Shown here: positions 1 to 9,152 of the stretch, in pieces
Layout of the letters: each line of letters begins with the position of its first letter
Numbering within the stretch: position 1 is the first letter of the stretch
Origin: Chloroflexota bacterium
GTDB taxonomy: Bacteria > Chloroflexota > Dehalococcoidia > Lucifugimonadales > UBA3495
Length of the DNA stretch: 64,000 nucleotides
Reading direction: 5' to 3'
NCBI GenBank assembly: GCA_027623675.1
Contig: JAQBVF010000011.1
Span: 1-64,000, forward strand
The notes under the pieces: model-generated
Databases searched by the model: none
Told to the model about the DNA's origin: nothing
What the model saw: the letters and a program-made list of their open reading frames with translations, nothing else
Program-made: the position numbers and the translations under genes

Positions 1-250
1 CTAGCTGAGCCACGGTCTTTAAGACCTAGGACGATCCGGCCTGCCACGTCCTGGTTTAAGATACAAGGATGAGCGGGGCAGGTAACTTCGCTGGAAATGG
101 TTTGGTGACCGCTCATGGTGAGCCAGTCGAACCACCGCCGGGGTAGGCCAACTTTATCTTGCCACCCACCAACGCCTCTGGTACGCTTCCGAGTGTCAGA
201 TAGTGCCAGATAGTGCCAAATACGGCAGCTAGAAACGGGAGCGATCCAAG

Positions 251-1003
251 TTGACCCAAGGGACCAAAATCAACGCAGACCTGTTCGTCACCTGCGTCAT
301 CGACCAGCTTTATCCTCAGGTGGGGGTCAGCGTGGTCAAGGTACTGCGGCGTCTGGGAGTCAACGTCGGCTTCCCCAAGGACCAGACCTGCTGCGGCCAG
401 CCGGTCTATAACACCGGGTTCACCCGTGAGGCCGCCACCCTTGGCAAGCGGGTATTGGAGCAGTTCCGCGACAGCGAATACGTAGTTGTGCCGTCGGGTT
501 CCTGCGCCGCCACCATCCGCGTCTTCTACCTGGACCTGTTCGCCGACGACCCCGAGCTGCTGGCCCAGGCCAAGGCCCTGGCCGCCAAGACCTACGAGTT
601 CTCCGAGTTTCTGGTCAACGTCCTGAAGGTCGAGGACGCCTCCCTCTGCGGCGCACAGCAACAGGGCGCCGCCGCCTACCACCCCAGTTGCCACCTGCTC
701 CGGGAATTGGGCGTCAAAGAAGCACCCAAGAAACTGCTGGGCTCGGTCCCCGGACTGGAGCAGAAGGAATTAGAGGGAGAGGAGATCTGCTGCGGGTTCG
801 GCGGCGCCTTCTCCGTGAAATTCCCCCACATCTCCGAAGGCATGGTCGCCGATAAGATTGCCAACGTAAAGGCCAGCGGCGCCGACACACTGGTGTCCTG
901 CGACATGAGTTGTCTGATGAACATGGGCGGCGCGCTGAACCGCCAGGGCTCGGACATCAAGATCCGGCACCTGGCCCAGATACTGGACCCCGACTCCCAA
1001 TAA
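251..1003 (+). CDS. lutA: Lactate utilization protein A (CCG-domain Fe-S oxidoreductase, LutA/LldE/YkgE)
   Basis: Motifs FVTC..D, QTCCGQP, PSGSC, YHPSCH and CCGFGG.FS; TTG start; first gene of a lutABC-like run. Confidence 0.9.
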   Translation: MTQGTKINADLFVTCVIDQLYPQVGVSVVKVLRRLGVNVGFPKDQTCCGQPVYNTGFTREAATLGKRVLEQFRDSEYVVVPSGSCAATIRVFYLDLFADDPELLAQAKALAAKTYEFSEFLVNVLKVEDASLCGAQQQGAAAYHPSCHLLRELGVKEAPKKLLGSVPGLEQKELEGEEICCGFGGAFSVKFPHISEGMVADKIANVKASGADTLVSCDMSCLMNMGGALNRQGSDIKIRHLAQILDPDSQ

Positions 1004-1022
1004 CGCCGATGGATTTACCCGA

Positions 1023-2510
1023 TTGCCTGAGATAAAAACCAGCGATTTCTCCGCCGCCTCGACCAAGGCCATCGCCGACCCCAAGCTGCGCCGCGCCCTG
1101 GACCGCGTCGCTTCCGGGTTCCACGTGGCCCGTCTGCAGCGCATCGAGGAAGCCACCCCCCAGGTTTGGGACGGCTGGAAGACCCAAGCACGCGAGATCA
1201 AGGCCCACACCATAGAGCATCTCGATTATTACCTGGACCTGCTGTACAAAAACGTGACCGCAGCCGGCGGGCAGCTCCATTTCGCCAACGACGCCAAGCA
1301 GGCCAACGATATCGTCTCCCACATCGTCCGCACCCGGAATATCAAGATCGCCACCAAGAGCAAGAGCATGGTGTCCGAGGAGCTGGGCCTGAACCCGGTC
1401 TTGGAGTCCCTGGGCGTCGAAGTCTGGGAGACCGACCTGGGCGAGTACATCATCCAGTTGGCCGAGGAGACCCCTTCCCACCTGGTGGCCCCGGCGCTGC
1501 ACAAGTCCAAAGAAGATGTGGCCGAGCTTTTCACCGAGAAACTGGGCATACCGTATGACGAAGACATCTACCACATGGCCGCCACCGCCCGGACGGTACT
1601 GCGCGACAAGTTTATGCAGGCCGACCTGGGCATCAGCGGGGCCAACTTCGTGGTCGCCGAGACCGGCACTCTGGTGATCATCACCAATGAGGGCAATGGC
1701 CGTCTCTGCACCTCCGCCCCCAGGGTGCACATCGGCATCACCGGCATGGAAAAGGTTATTCCGTCCATGCAGGACCTGTCCATCTTCCTGCGGCTGCTGC
1801 CCCAGTCGGCCACCGGTCAGCGCATCACCAGCTATGTGAGCATGACCACCGGCCCACGCCGCTCCGATGATGAGGACGGCCCGGAGGAGTTCCACCTCAT
1901 CCTGGTGGACAATGGCCGCTCCCGGATGCTGGCCGACCCGGCGCTGCGCGAGGCGCTCTACTGCATCCGCTGTGGGGCCTGCTTGAACATCTGCCCGGTC
2001 TACGCGCGGATCGGCGGCCATGCCTACGGCTGGGTCTACCCCGGCCCCATCGGCGCGGTAGTCTCGCCCATGCTGGTCGGTCTGCCCCAGGCCAAAGAAT
2101 TGCCCCAAGCCTCCAGCCTATGCGGCGCCTGCCGCGAGGTCTGCCCGGTCAATATAGACATCCCCAGGATGCTCCTGGACCTGCGGAAGAAGACCGCGGA
2201 GAGCCCCGACCGCGCCCAGCGGTCGGCCCCGAAGTCGGAGCGGATGATGGCCCGGCTCTACGCCAAGTTGATGAGCAGTCCCCGCCTGCTGCACTGGGCG
2301 GTCCGGTCGGGGCGCACCCTGCAGAGATTGGAACACCTGGTCCCATTCTCCCCCGTGACCAAAGGCGGAAAGTGGATCAAGAAAGCGCCCTTGCCTCTGC
2401 TGTCCCGATGGACCCGGTCCAGAGACCTGCCGGTCCTTCCCAACAAGACTTTCCACGAACTCTGGGACCAGGGGATCGCGGACCGACCTAGCGATGCCCG
2501 CGATGTCTGA
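1023..2510 (+). CDS. lutB: Lactate utilization protein B (LutB/LldF; LUD domain plus 4Fe-4S)
   Basis: KSKSM.SEE, ETDLGEYI.QL, NEGNGR, CIRCGACLNICP and SSLCGAC.EVCPV. Confidence 0.92.
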   Translation: MPEIKTSDFSAASTKAIADPKLRRALDRVASGFHVARLQRIEEATPQVWDGWKTQAREIKAHTIEHLDYYLDLLYKNVTAAGGQLHFANDAKQANDIVSHIVRTRNIKIATKSKSMVSEELGLNPVLESLGVEVWETDLGEYIIQLAEETPSHLVAPALHKSKEDVAELFTEKLGIPYDEDIYHMAATARTVLRDKFMQADLGISGANFVVAETGTLVIITNEGNGRLCTSAPRVHIGITGMEKVIPSMQDLSIFLRLLPQSATGQRITSYVSMTTGPRRSDDEDGPEEFHLILVDNGRSRMLADPALREALYCIRCGACLNICPVYARIGGHAYGWVYPGPIGAVVSPMLVGLPQAKELPQASSLCGACREVCPVNIDIPRMLLDLRKKTAESPDRAQRSAPKSERMMARLYAKLMSSPRLLHWAVRSGRTLQRLEHLVPFSPVTKGGKWIKKAPLPLLSRWTRSRDLPVLPNKTFHELWDQGIADRPSDARDV

Positions 2511-3249
2511 TCAGAGCCTGGGTGTCCCAAAAGACGAATTCCTCCGGTTCGTGCGGGAGGCGCTGGGACGCGAGGACGTTCCCCCGGCCCAGCCCTACCC
2601 AAGGTTGACCGATTCCACCACCGACCTTGAGCAGCAGGCGTTGGAGATCCGACAGAAGATTCAACAGAACCTCCCCGCTCTGTTGGACAAGCTGGCCGAC
2701 ATGGCCCAGAAGGGCGGCTGGAACGTATTCCGGGCCGCCGGAGCTGAGGAGGCCGTCGGCTACCTCCAAGACCTGGCGCGAAAGTCGGACCTCTCGGCTG
2801 TCGTCCGCTCGGCCCAAGGCGTGTTTGACCAGGTCCCAGTGGACGCGGCGCTGACCAGCATGGGTTTGAAGGTAACCACCGTGCTCCGGGACGAAGCCAA
2901 CCCCCGGGAATCGCTGCGGGAAGAGATACGGCGGTCGGGCATGGGCATCACCGGCGCCGACTTCGCCCTGGCCGAGACCGGCTCCGTGATCGTGCTGCCC
3001 CGCAAGGGATTGAGCCGGCTGGTCTCCGTGGTGCCGCCGGTGCACGTGGCACTGGTCCGCCCCGAAGATGTGCTGGAATCGATGGATGACCTGTTCTTGC
3101 TGCGGCGTCTGGAGTATCATCAGCAGGGCGGCGAGATGGGAAGTTATCTAAACTTCATCACCGGGCCCAGCCGGACCGCCGATATCGAGATGACCATCGT
3201 GGAAGGTGTCCACGGCCCCAAAGAAGTCCACATGATCATACTGGGCTAA
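2503..3249 (+). CDS. lutC: Lactate utilization protein C (LutC/LldG)
   Basis: GIT.ADFALAETGS and ITGPSRTADIE..IV.GVHGP; ATG at 2503 overlaps the lutB stop (alternative start 2494). Confidence 0.88.
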   Translation: MSDQSLGVPKDEFLRFVREALGREDVPPAQPYPRLTDSTTDLEQQALEIRQKIQQNLPALLDKLADMAQKGGWNVFRAAGAEEAVGYLQDLARKSDLSAVVRSAQGVFDQVPVDAALTSMGLKVTTVLRDEANPRESLREEIRRSGMGITGADFALAETGSVIVLPRKGLSRLVSVVPPVHVALVRPEDVLESMDDLFLLRRLEYHQQGGEMGSYLNFITGPSRTADIEMTIVEGVHGPKEVHMIILG

Positions 3250-3373
3250 CGCCTGGGACAGACAACCAGGGTTGGCGGACAGAGGTTCGCCCCCATCTCC
3301 GACTCAGTCGGGGCCACGATTCAGCGCCACTAAGCCCAAGAACCTACCAATCAACGTACCCACAGGTGAAGAT

Positions 3374-3715
3374 ATGCCTATGCGCGTAGGATTCTCCGAG
3401 TTCCGCCGGCAGATGCTGGAGCGGGACCTGCAAGCCATCGAGGAAGTGATTCCCATATTGGGAGTGGAGAAAGTCATCTTGACCGGCGACATGGCCGCCG
3501 GTGACTATAAACCGGATACCACGATCGAGTTGATCATCGTACATGACACTGAATATTCCTTCGGCCGCCGCGCCGATTTCTTCTCCTACCACCTGCCAAG
3601 CTCGGTGGACGTAGACACCCTGGTCTACACTCCCGCCGAATTTGAGGAGGCGCGGGAGAGACTGCCGGCGCTGGGCAAAGCGTGCCGCGAAGGACGGGAG
3701 ATTTATAATGCCTGA
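3374..3715 (+). CDS. Minimal nucleotidyltransferase (MNT)-like protein with degenerate motif
   Basis: [26 protein letters not shown] and [11 protein letters not shown] match the MNT layout; overlaps the downstream HEPN gene by 8 nt; ATG 3374 chosen as start. Confidence 0.72.
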   Translation: MPMRVGFSEFRRQMLERDLQAIEEVIPILGVEKVILTGDMAAGDYKPDTTIELIIVHDTEYSFGRRADFFSYHLPSSVDVDTLVYTPAEFEEARERLPALGKACREGREIYNA

Positions 3716-4109
3716 TTATCTGGCCGAGGGCGCCCGCTGGTTGCGCCAAGCCGAACAAGACCTGGACGACGCCCGGTTCCTCAGAGAAGGCGGCCGGCAC
3801 AACCTCGCCTGCTTCATGGGACAACAGGCGGCGGAAAAAGCCATCAAGGCTTACCTGTACCACAAGAAAGTTGAAGACGTTTGGGGCCACTCGCTGCTGG
3901 ACCTGTGCGAGGACGCCAAACTGTTCGACATGATGTTCGACACCATGAAATCTGAAGCGCGGCAGTTGGACAAGTACCACTACATCACCCGTTACCCCGA
4001 ATTCCTGCCCAGCGGCACCTGCTTTGAAGCCTTCGACGAGGTGGACTCGGAGCGGTCCATCGAACTATCGAATCTGGTCCTCGAGTTCACCAAGCAACGC
4101 ATCGTCTAG
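3708..4109 (+). CDS. HEPN domain protein (MNT-associated type)
   Basis: [30 protein letters not shown] and Y..TRYP signatures. Confidence 0.85.
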   Translation: MPDYLAEGARWLRQAEQDLDDARFLREGGRHNLACFMGQQAAEKAIKAYLYHKKVEDVWGHSLLDLCEDAKLFDMMFDTMKSEARQLDKYHYITRYPEFLPSGTCFEAFDEVDSERSIELSNLVLEFTKQRIV

Positions 4110-4306
4110 GTCAGCCGGGTCTCCGGGTATGGTTGACCGGTGATCTGGATGGTTCTTCGAGACACCGGGAATCGCCTGGCGGTGAGCCAGGCCCTCGGCG
4201 CAAGAGAACCGTGCGGTTTGCCACCGGTTGCTCGGCATGAATGACCCGGATTGGAGCAGGCCGCGGGACCGCTGTTATTCTTGGTTGTGCCACCGGGGCA
4301 GGCCGT

Positions 4307-5440
4307 TTAGGGCTTGAGCAAGAACAGGCGCACCGCCCGCTCCGCCGTGCCCTCCAGCATCTCGCCCGTCCGGCTCAGGGCCTGCTGAAAGGTCATGGCG
4401 CCGTCGGAGATGCAGAGCACCGACCCCACTCCGTGGTTGTACAGTTCCTCATGTCCCGGACCCAGGCTGCCCGCCAGTAGCACCGTCGGCACTCCGTGGG
4501 ACCGGGCGTGCCGCGCCACGCCGACCGGCGCCTTGTCGAAGACCGTGGAATGGTCGGCCCGCCCCTCCCCGGTGACGACCAGGTCGGCCCCCTCCAGATG
4601 CGAATCGAAGTCCAGCACCTGACAGACCATGTCGATGCCCGACTGAATCCTCGCCCCGGCAAAAGCGATCAAGCCGGCCCCAAGTCCACCGGCCGCCCCC
4701 GAGCCGGGCGTGTCCAGAACATCCACTCCCATGTCCCTCTTGACCACCCGCGCAAAGTTGAGCAGGGCCGCGTCCAGTTGGGCGACAACATCATCCGAAG
4801 CGCCTTTCTGGGGTCCGTAGACCGCCGACGCACCGGTGGGCCCGCAAAGGGGGTTGGTAACGTCGGTGGCTGCGATCACCTCCACTCCTGCGGCGGGCTT
4901 TATCAGGCCCGAAGTGTCGATGCGGTCCAACCGGGCCAGCGCCCCGCCGCCGGGAGGCAATGGGTTGCCGGCGGCGTCCAGGAATCTTGCGCCCAAGGCC
5001 GTCGCCATCCCGGCCCCTCCGTCGTTGGTGGCGCTGCCGCCCAGGCCGACGATGATCCGCTCGTAACCCCGCCCCAGGGCCTCCTTCAGTATCTCGCCCG
5101 TCCCCAAAGTGGTAGTTACTTTGGGGTTGCGCCGCCGCTGGGATATCATGGCCAACCCGGAAGCCCGGGCCATCTCGATCACCGCGGTGCGTCCGTCACC
5201 CATTACGCCCCACTGGGCCTCCACCTGCTGGCTGATGGGCCCCGTCACGGTGCTGGTGAATATCTCGCCGCCGGTGGCGTCAACCAGGGCGTGCAAGGTG
5301 CCGTCACCGCCGTCGGCCACCGGCACCAACACGGTTTCTGCGCCGGGAACAGCCGCCAGCACCCCCCTGGCTATGGCCCTGGCCGCTTCCAGGCCGGAGA
5401 TGCCGCCTTTGAAACCCTGGGGCGCGATAACTATCTTCAT
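4307..5440 (-). CDS. glxK: Glycerate kinase (GlxK/GarK family)
   Basis: MKIVIAPQGFKG, ADGG.GT, GLGGSATNDGG.GM, YGPQKGA, GAAGG and VVTGEG; true start at 5440. Confidence 0.88.
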   Translation of the reverse strand: MKIVIAPQGFKGGISGLEAARAIARGVLAAVPGAETVLVPVADGGDGTLHALVDATGGEIFTSTVTGPISQQVEAQWGVMGDGRTAVIEMARASGLAMISQRRRNPKVTTTLGTGEILKEALGRGYERIIVGLGGSATNDGGAGMATALGARFLDAAGNPLPPGGGALARLDRIDTSGLIKPAAGVEVIAATDVTNPLCGPTGASAVYGPQKGASDDVVAQLDAALLNFARVVKRDMGVDVLDTPGSGAAGGLGAGLIAFAGARIQSGIDMVCQVLDFDSHLEGADLVVTGEGRADHSTVFDKAPVGVARHARSHGVPTVLLAGSLGPGHEELYNHGVGSVLCISDGAMTFQQALSRTGEMLEGTAERAVRLFLLKP

Positions 5441-5543
5441 ATGGGCGTAAAAACACCATTGGCCGAAGCCAGGATCGGGCCTACGTCGAGGCCCAGCAAT
5501 TATACACTCCGGCATATCCAACCTCAGCCGCCTTTGTTACAAT

Positions 5544-5585
5544 CCAAACGCCAAACGCCAAACGCCAAACGCCAAACGCCAAACG
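5544..5585. repeat. Perfect heptamer tandem repeat (CCAAACG)x6
   Basis: Six exact consecutive copies in the divergent intergenic region between glxK and the amidohydrolases. Confidence 0.97.
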
Positions 5586-5654
5586 CGGTTGGCACGCAGC
5601 CCAACGCGCCCTATGCCGTACCCCAGTCGCGATACCCTGGAGCCTGCAGCCTTA

Positions 5655-6992
5655 ATGCCTTCAAAAGAAGAACTGAAACGTCGCGTGTCTGAGATCATCG
5701 ACGAAAAGGCCGAAGACCTGGTGGCCCTGGCGAAAACCATACTCAAGAATCCGGAGCCTGGGTTCCGGGAGCTCAAAACCGCCAAACTGGTGGCTGAGAG
5801 GTTCGGCGCACTTGGCTTGCAGCCCAGAAGTGGCTTGGCCATCACCGGTGTGCGGGCCGACGCCTGGTGCGGCACTCCCGGACCGACCCTGGCCATGCTG
5901 GGGGAATTGGACTCTCTCATCGTGGGCGACCATCCTCATGCCGACCCCGACACCAAGGCAGCCCATGCCTGCGGCCACCACTGCCAGATCGCCATGATGC
6001 TGGGCGCGGCCACCGCACTCACCCAGCCCGATGTACTGGGGTCGCTGGCCGGGCGCATCGCCTTCATGGCTGTTCCCGCCGAAGAATACATCGAGATCGA
6101 GTTCCGGGACGAGCTCCGCCGCGCCGGCAAGATCGAGTTCCTGGGCGGCAAGCCCGAGTTGGTCCGCCTGGGAGAGTTTGACGACGTTCACCTGGCCATG
6201 ATGCTGCACACCACCAGCAACCCCGCTGAGAAGCTGATGTGCATCAGCAACACCAACAACGGCACCGTCGCCAAGCGCATCCAGTTCATCGGCAAGGCCT
6301 CCCACGCCGGAGGCGCCCCCCACCTGGGCGTCAACGCCCTGAACGCCGCGACATTGGCGCTGTCCGCCATCGCCTACAACCGCGAGACGTTCCGCGACGA
6401 AGACAGCATCCGCGTGCACCCCATCATCACCAAGGGCGGCGAGGCCGTCAGCGCGGTGCCCTCCGACGTGCGCATGGAGACCTTTGTCCGGGGCAAGACC
6501 CTGGAAGCCCTGATGGACGCCAACACCAAGGTCGACCGGGCGCTCAAGGCCGGGGCCATGGCCGTCGGCGCCCAGGTCAAGATACAGACCATCCCCGGCT
6601 ACATGCCCCTGCAGCAGAACAAAGCGATGGCCGAGATATTCCGGGCCAACGCCGTCGAGTTGGTGGGCGAGGAAAACGTCGGTTATGTTCACCACCGGGG
6701 CGGATCGACCGACATGGGAGACATCAGCCATCTGATGCCGGTTATCCATCCCTACGTGGGCGGGGCCACCGGGCTGGGCCACGGTTCCACCTACGTCATC
6801 GAGGACTACAGTCTGGCGGTGATCAAGGGGGCCAAGGCGTTGGCCCATACGGCCATCGACCTGCTGGGCGACGGCGCGTCCCACGGCAACAGCATCGCGG
6901 GCGGCCAACGCCCCGAAATGTCCGTTTCCGAATATCTCAAGTTCATGCGCAATCTGGCCTCAGAAGAACTTTTCGAGGGTGCAAAAAGTTGA
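5655..6992 (+). CDS. M20 family amidohydrolase, paralog 1
   Basis: NPE.GF.E, GELD, HACGH, PAEE, G.ASHAG..P..GVNALNAA and GSTD.G; ATG at 5655. Confidence 0.88.
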   Translation: MPSKEELKRRVSEIIDEKAEDLVALAKTILKNPEPGFRELKTAKLVAERFGALGLQPRSGLAITGVRADAWCGTPGPTLAMLGELDSLIVGDHPHADPDTKAAHACGHHCQIAMMLGAATALTQPDVLGSLAGRIAFMAVPAEEYIEIEFRDELRRAGKIEFLGGKPELVRLGEFDDVHLAMMLHTTSNPAEKLMCISNTNNGTVAKRIQFIGKASHAGGAPHLGVNALNAATLALSAIAYNRETFRDEDSIRVHPIITKGGEAVSAVPSDVRMETFVRGKTLEALMDANTKVDRALKAGAMAVGAQVKIQTIPGYMPLQQNKAMAEIFRANAVELVGEENVGYVHHRGGSTDMGDISHLMPVIHPYVGGATGLGHGSTYVIEDYSLAVIKGAKALAHTAIDLLGDGASHGNSIAGGQRPEMSVSEYLKFMRNLASEELFEGAKS

Positions 6993-8344
6993 CCGCTCCC
7001 CTGAACATCGAAGAGCTCAAGAAGCGGGCCTGCGAGACCATCGAGAAGCGCAAGAAAGAGATAATCGACTTGGCCAAGCTGGTTTTGGACAACCCCGAGT
7101 CAGGGTTCAGGGAGGTAAAGACCTCTCGCCTGGTCGCCGAAAAGTTCCAGGAATTGGGCGTGGAACACCGGAGCGGCCTGGCCCTCACCGGACTCAAGGG
7201 CCGCATCAAGGGCGGCGCCGGACCAGGCCCGGCGGTGGCCGTGATCGGAGAACTGGATTCGCTGGTGGTGACCGAACACCCCCATGCCGACCCCGAGACC
7301 GGAGCGGCCCACGCCTGCGGCCACCACTGCCAGATCGGCATGATGCTGGGCGCAACCATGGGCCTGCTGACCCCGGAGGTCACCGCCCAGCTCTCTGGAG
7401 AGATCGTTCCCTTCGCCGTGCCCGCTGAAGAGTTTATCGAGGTTGAACAGCGGCTGGAGATGCGCAGCCAGGGCATGGTCGAGTTCCTGGGCGGCAAACA
7501 GGAGCTGATTCGGCTGGGGGAGTTCGATGACGTGGACATCGCCATGATGTGCCACACCGCCAGCGACATGGGCGAGCGCAGATTCGCCATGGGCGGCACC
7601 AGCAACGGCCACGTGGTCAAGTTCGTGAAATACACCGGCAGGGGCGCCCACGCCGGCAGCCTGCCCCATATGGGGATCAACGCCCTGAACGCGGCATCTT
7701 TCGCCATTCAGGCCATCAACTCCCTCAGAGAGACGCACCGGGCCGACGACACCGTGCGCATCCACGGCATCATGACCAGGGGAGGCGAGGCCGTGAGCGC
7801 GGTGCCCTCCGACGTGAGGCTGGAATGGCGGGTCCGTTCTTCGACTCCCCTTATGGTGGTGGAGAACTCGGCGGCGGTTGACCGTTGCTTCCGGGCCGGC
7901 GCACTGGCCGTCGGCGCGTCGGTGAACATCACCACCATCCCCGGCTACCTGCCCATGCGCCATGATAGCAAGCTGCAGGACATCTTCCGGCGGACGGCGG
8001 TGGAGATGGTAGGCGAGAACGGGACTTTGGTGATGCCGCCGCGCCGCAACCGGGGCGGTTCCACCGACATGGGAGACCTGAGCCACCTGATCCCGTCCTG
8101 CCATCCCTACACCGCCGGCGCCGTGGGTCCGGGACACAGCAAGGAATATATCATCACCGACTATGAGTCAGCGGTGGTCCTGCCGGCCAAGATCATGGCC
8201 ATGGTGGTCATCGACCTGCTGGCCGACGGGGCAAAAAGGGCGAAAGAGATCAAGGCCAACCACCGGCCTCTGATGACTAAGCAAGCCTACGTAAAATTCC
8301 AGCGGGAACGCGCGGAGATAACCGAGTTCGACGGGGCTGCGTAG
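6989..8344 (+). CDS. M20 family amidohydrolase, paralog 2
   Basis: Same motif set as the upstream paralog; TTG start overlaps the upstream TGA (TTGA). Confidence 0.88.
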   Translation: MTAPLNIEELKKRACETIEKRKKEIIDLAKLVLDNPESGFREVKTSRLVAEKFQELGVEHRSGLALTGLKGRIKGGAGPGPAVAVIGELDSLVVTEHPHADPETGAAHACGHHCQIGMMLGATMGLLTPEVTAQLSGEIVPFAVPAEEFIEVEQRLEMRSQGMVEFLGGKQELIRLGEFDDVDIAMMCHTASDMGERRFAMGGTSNGHVVKFVKYTGRGAHAGSLPHMGINALNAASFAIQAINSLRETHRADDTVRIHGIMTRGGEAVSAVPSDVRLEWRVRSSTPLMVVENSAAVDRCFRAGALAVGASVNITTIPGYLPMRHDSKLQDIFRRTAVEMVGENGTLVMPPRRNRGGSTDMGDLSHLIPSCHPYTAGAVGPGHSKEYIITDYESAVVLPAKIMAMVVIDLLADGAKRAKEIKANHRPLMTKQAYVKFQRERAEITEFDGAA

Positions 8345-8403
8345 ACTGAACATGGGGCGCTCGCTCCGCTCATCCTGAGGCCCCCGGAGGACCCGCGTAA
8401 GCC

Positions 8404-9051
8404 TCACACTCCCATCAGGAACATGGCTGCCCCCGCGACCATCGGCACGGCCAGGTTGTCGTCCGGCGGCAGCGATGCCAGTTCCACCACTCCCCCCACG
8501 GCGGCCCCCACCCATAGCGCCCAGTAATGGTCGATGCCTCCCGCCGCGATCAATACGGCCACTGCTCCAGCCCCGGCCGCCACGAACGCCACCGTCCCGA
8601 ATGGAGACTTGCCGCGAAACCTGGGTCCGGGCATGCGTCCACCCACCAGGGCCGCTGCCGGGTCGCCAAGGGACAGGAAGAACATGACGGGTATCCCCAC
8701 CTCTTTCCCAAAGAGGACGAAGACCAGCAGGGCGGCGATGACCATGTAGGTTGCGCCGGTGATGTGGGCCGCTTCGTCGGGCTTGAGGAGCGGGGCCAGC
8801 CAGCGGGTGAATAGCCGGTTCAGCCAAGCAAGCCGGAACCGGACCAGGTCCAGGCACAACCCCCCGGCAGCCAGCACGGCCAATATCCAGATCATGGGTG
8901 TTTCGGCGATGAAGATCCCGGCCACCGGGATAGACGATCCGGCTACCATGTGGAACAGCCTGCGCCAACCGGGCGGCGGAGCGCCCTGCGTCACCCTTCG
9001 CTCGCCGCCGAAAACCAGAATGTCGATCAACCGGCCCATAAACGCTCCCAA
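8404..9051 (-). CDS. CTP-dependent polyprenol/diacylglycerol kinase family membrane protein
   Basis: R..FH, LGD..AALVG, GKS..G and DDNL.VP motifs; multiple TM helices; alternative start 9039. Confidence 0.75.
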   Translation of the reverse strand: MGAFMGRLIDILVFGGERRVTQGAPPPGWRRLFHMVAGSSIPVAGIFIAETPMIWILAVLAAGGLCLDLVRFRLAWLNRLFTRWLAPLLKPDEAAHITGATYMVIAALLVFVLFGKEVGIPVMFFLSLGDPAAALVGGRMPGPRFRGKSPFGTVAFVAAGAGAVAVLIAAGGIDHYWALWVGAAVGGVVELASLPPDDNLAVPMVAGAAMFLMGV

Positions 9052-9152
9052 TCAGATGTGGCCTAGATTTTAACCCACGCCGAAAGGGGCCCGCCGGGAT
9101 TCGGACAAACGATTGGTGGGAGATCGGCCATCGGATATGGGTAACGGAGCGG

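Noticed and set aside
957..2108. Long antisense ORFs (also 4496-5692, 5661-6908, 10207-11211, 19870-21180, 54925-56355, 56538-57818)
   Set aside because: Shadow frames opposite well-supported genes, expected in high-GC3 DNA; no recognisable motifs.
6239..6988. 250-codon N-terminal extension of the second amidohydrolase (701-aa ORF)
   Set aside because: Arg/Gln/Pro-rich off-frame read of paralog 1; homology begins at TTG 6989.
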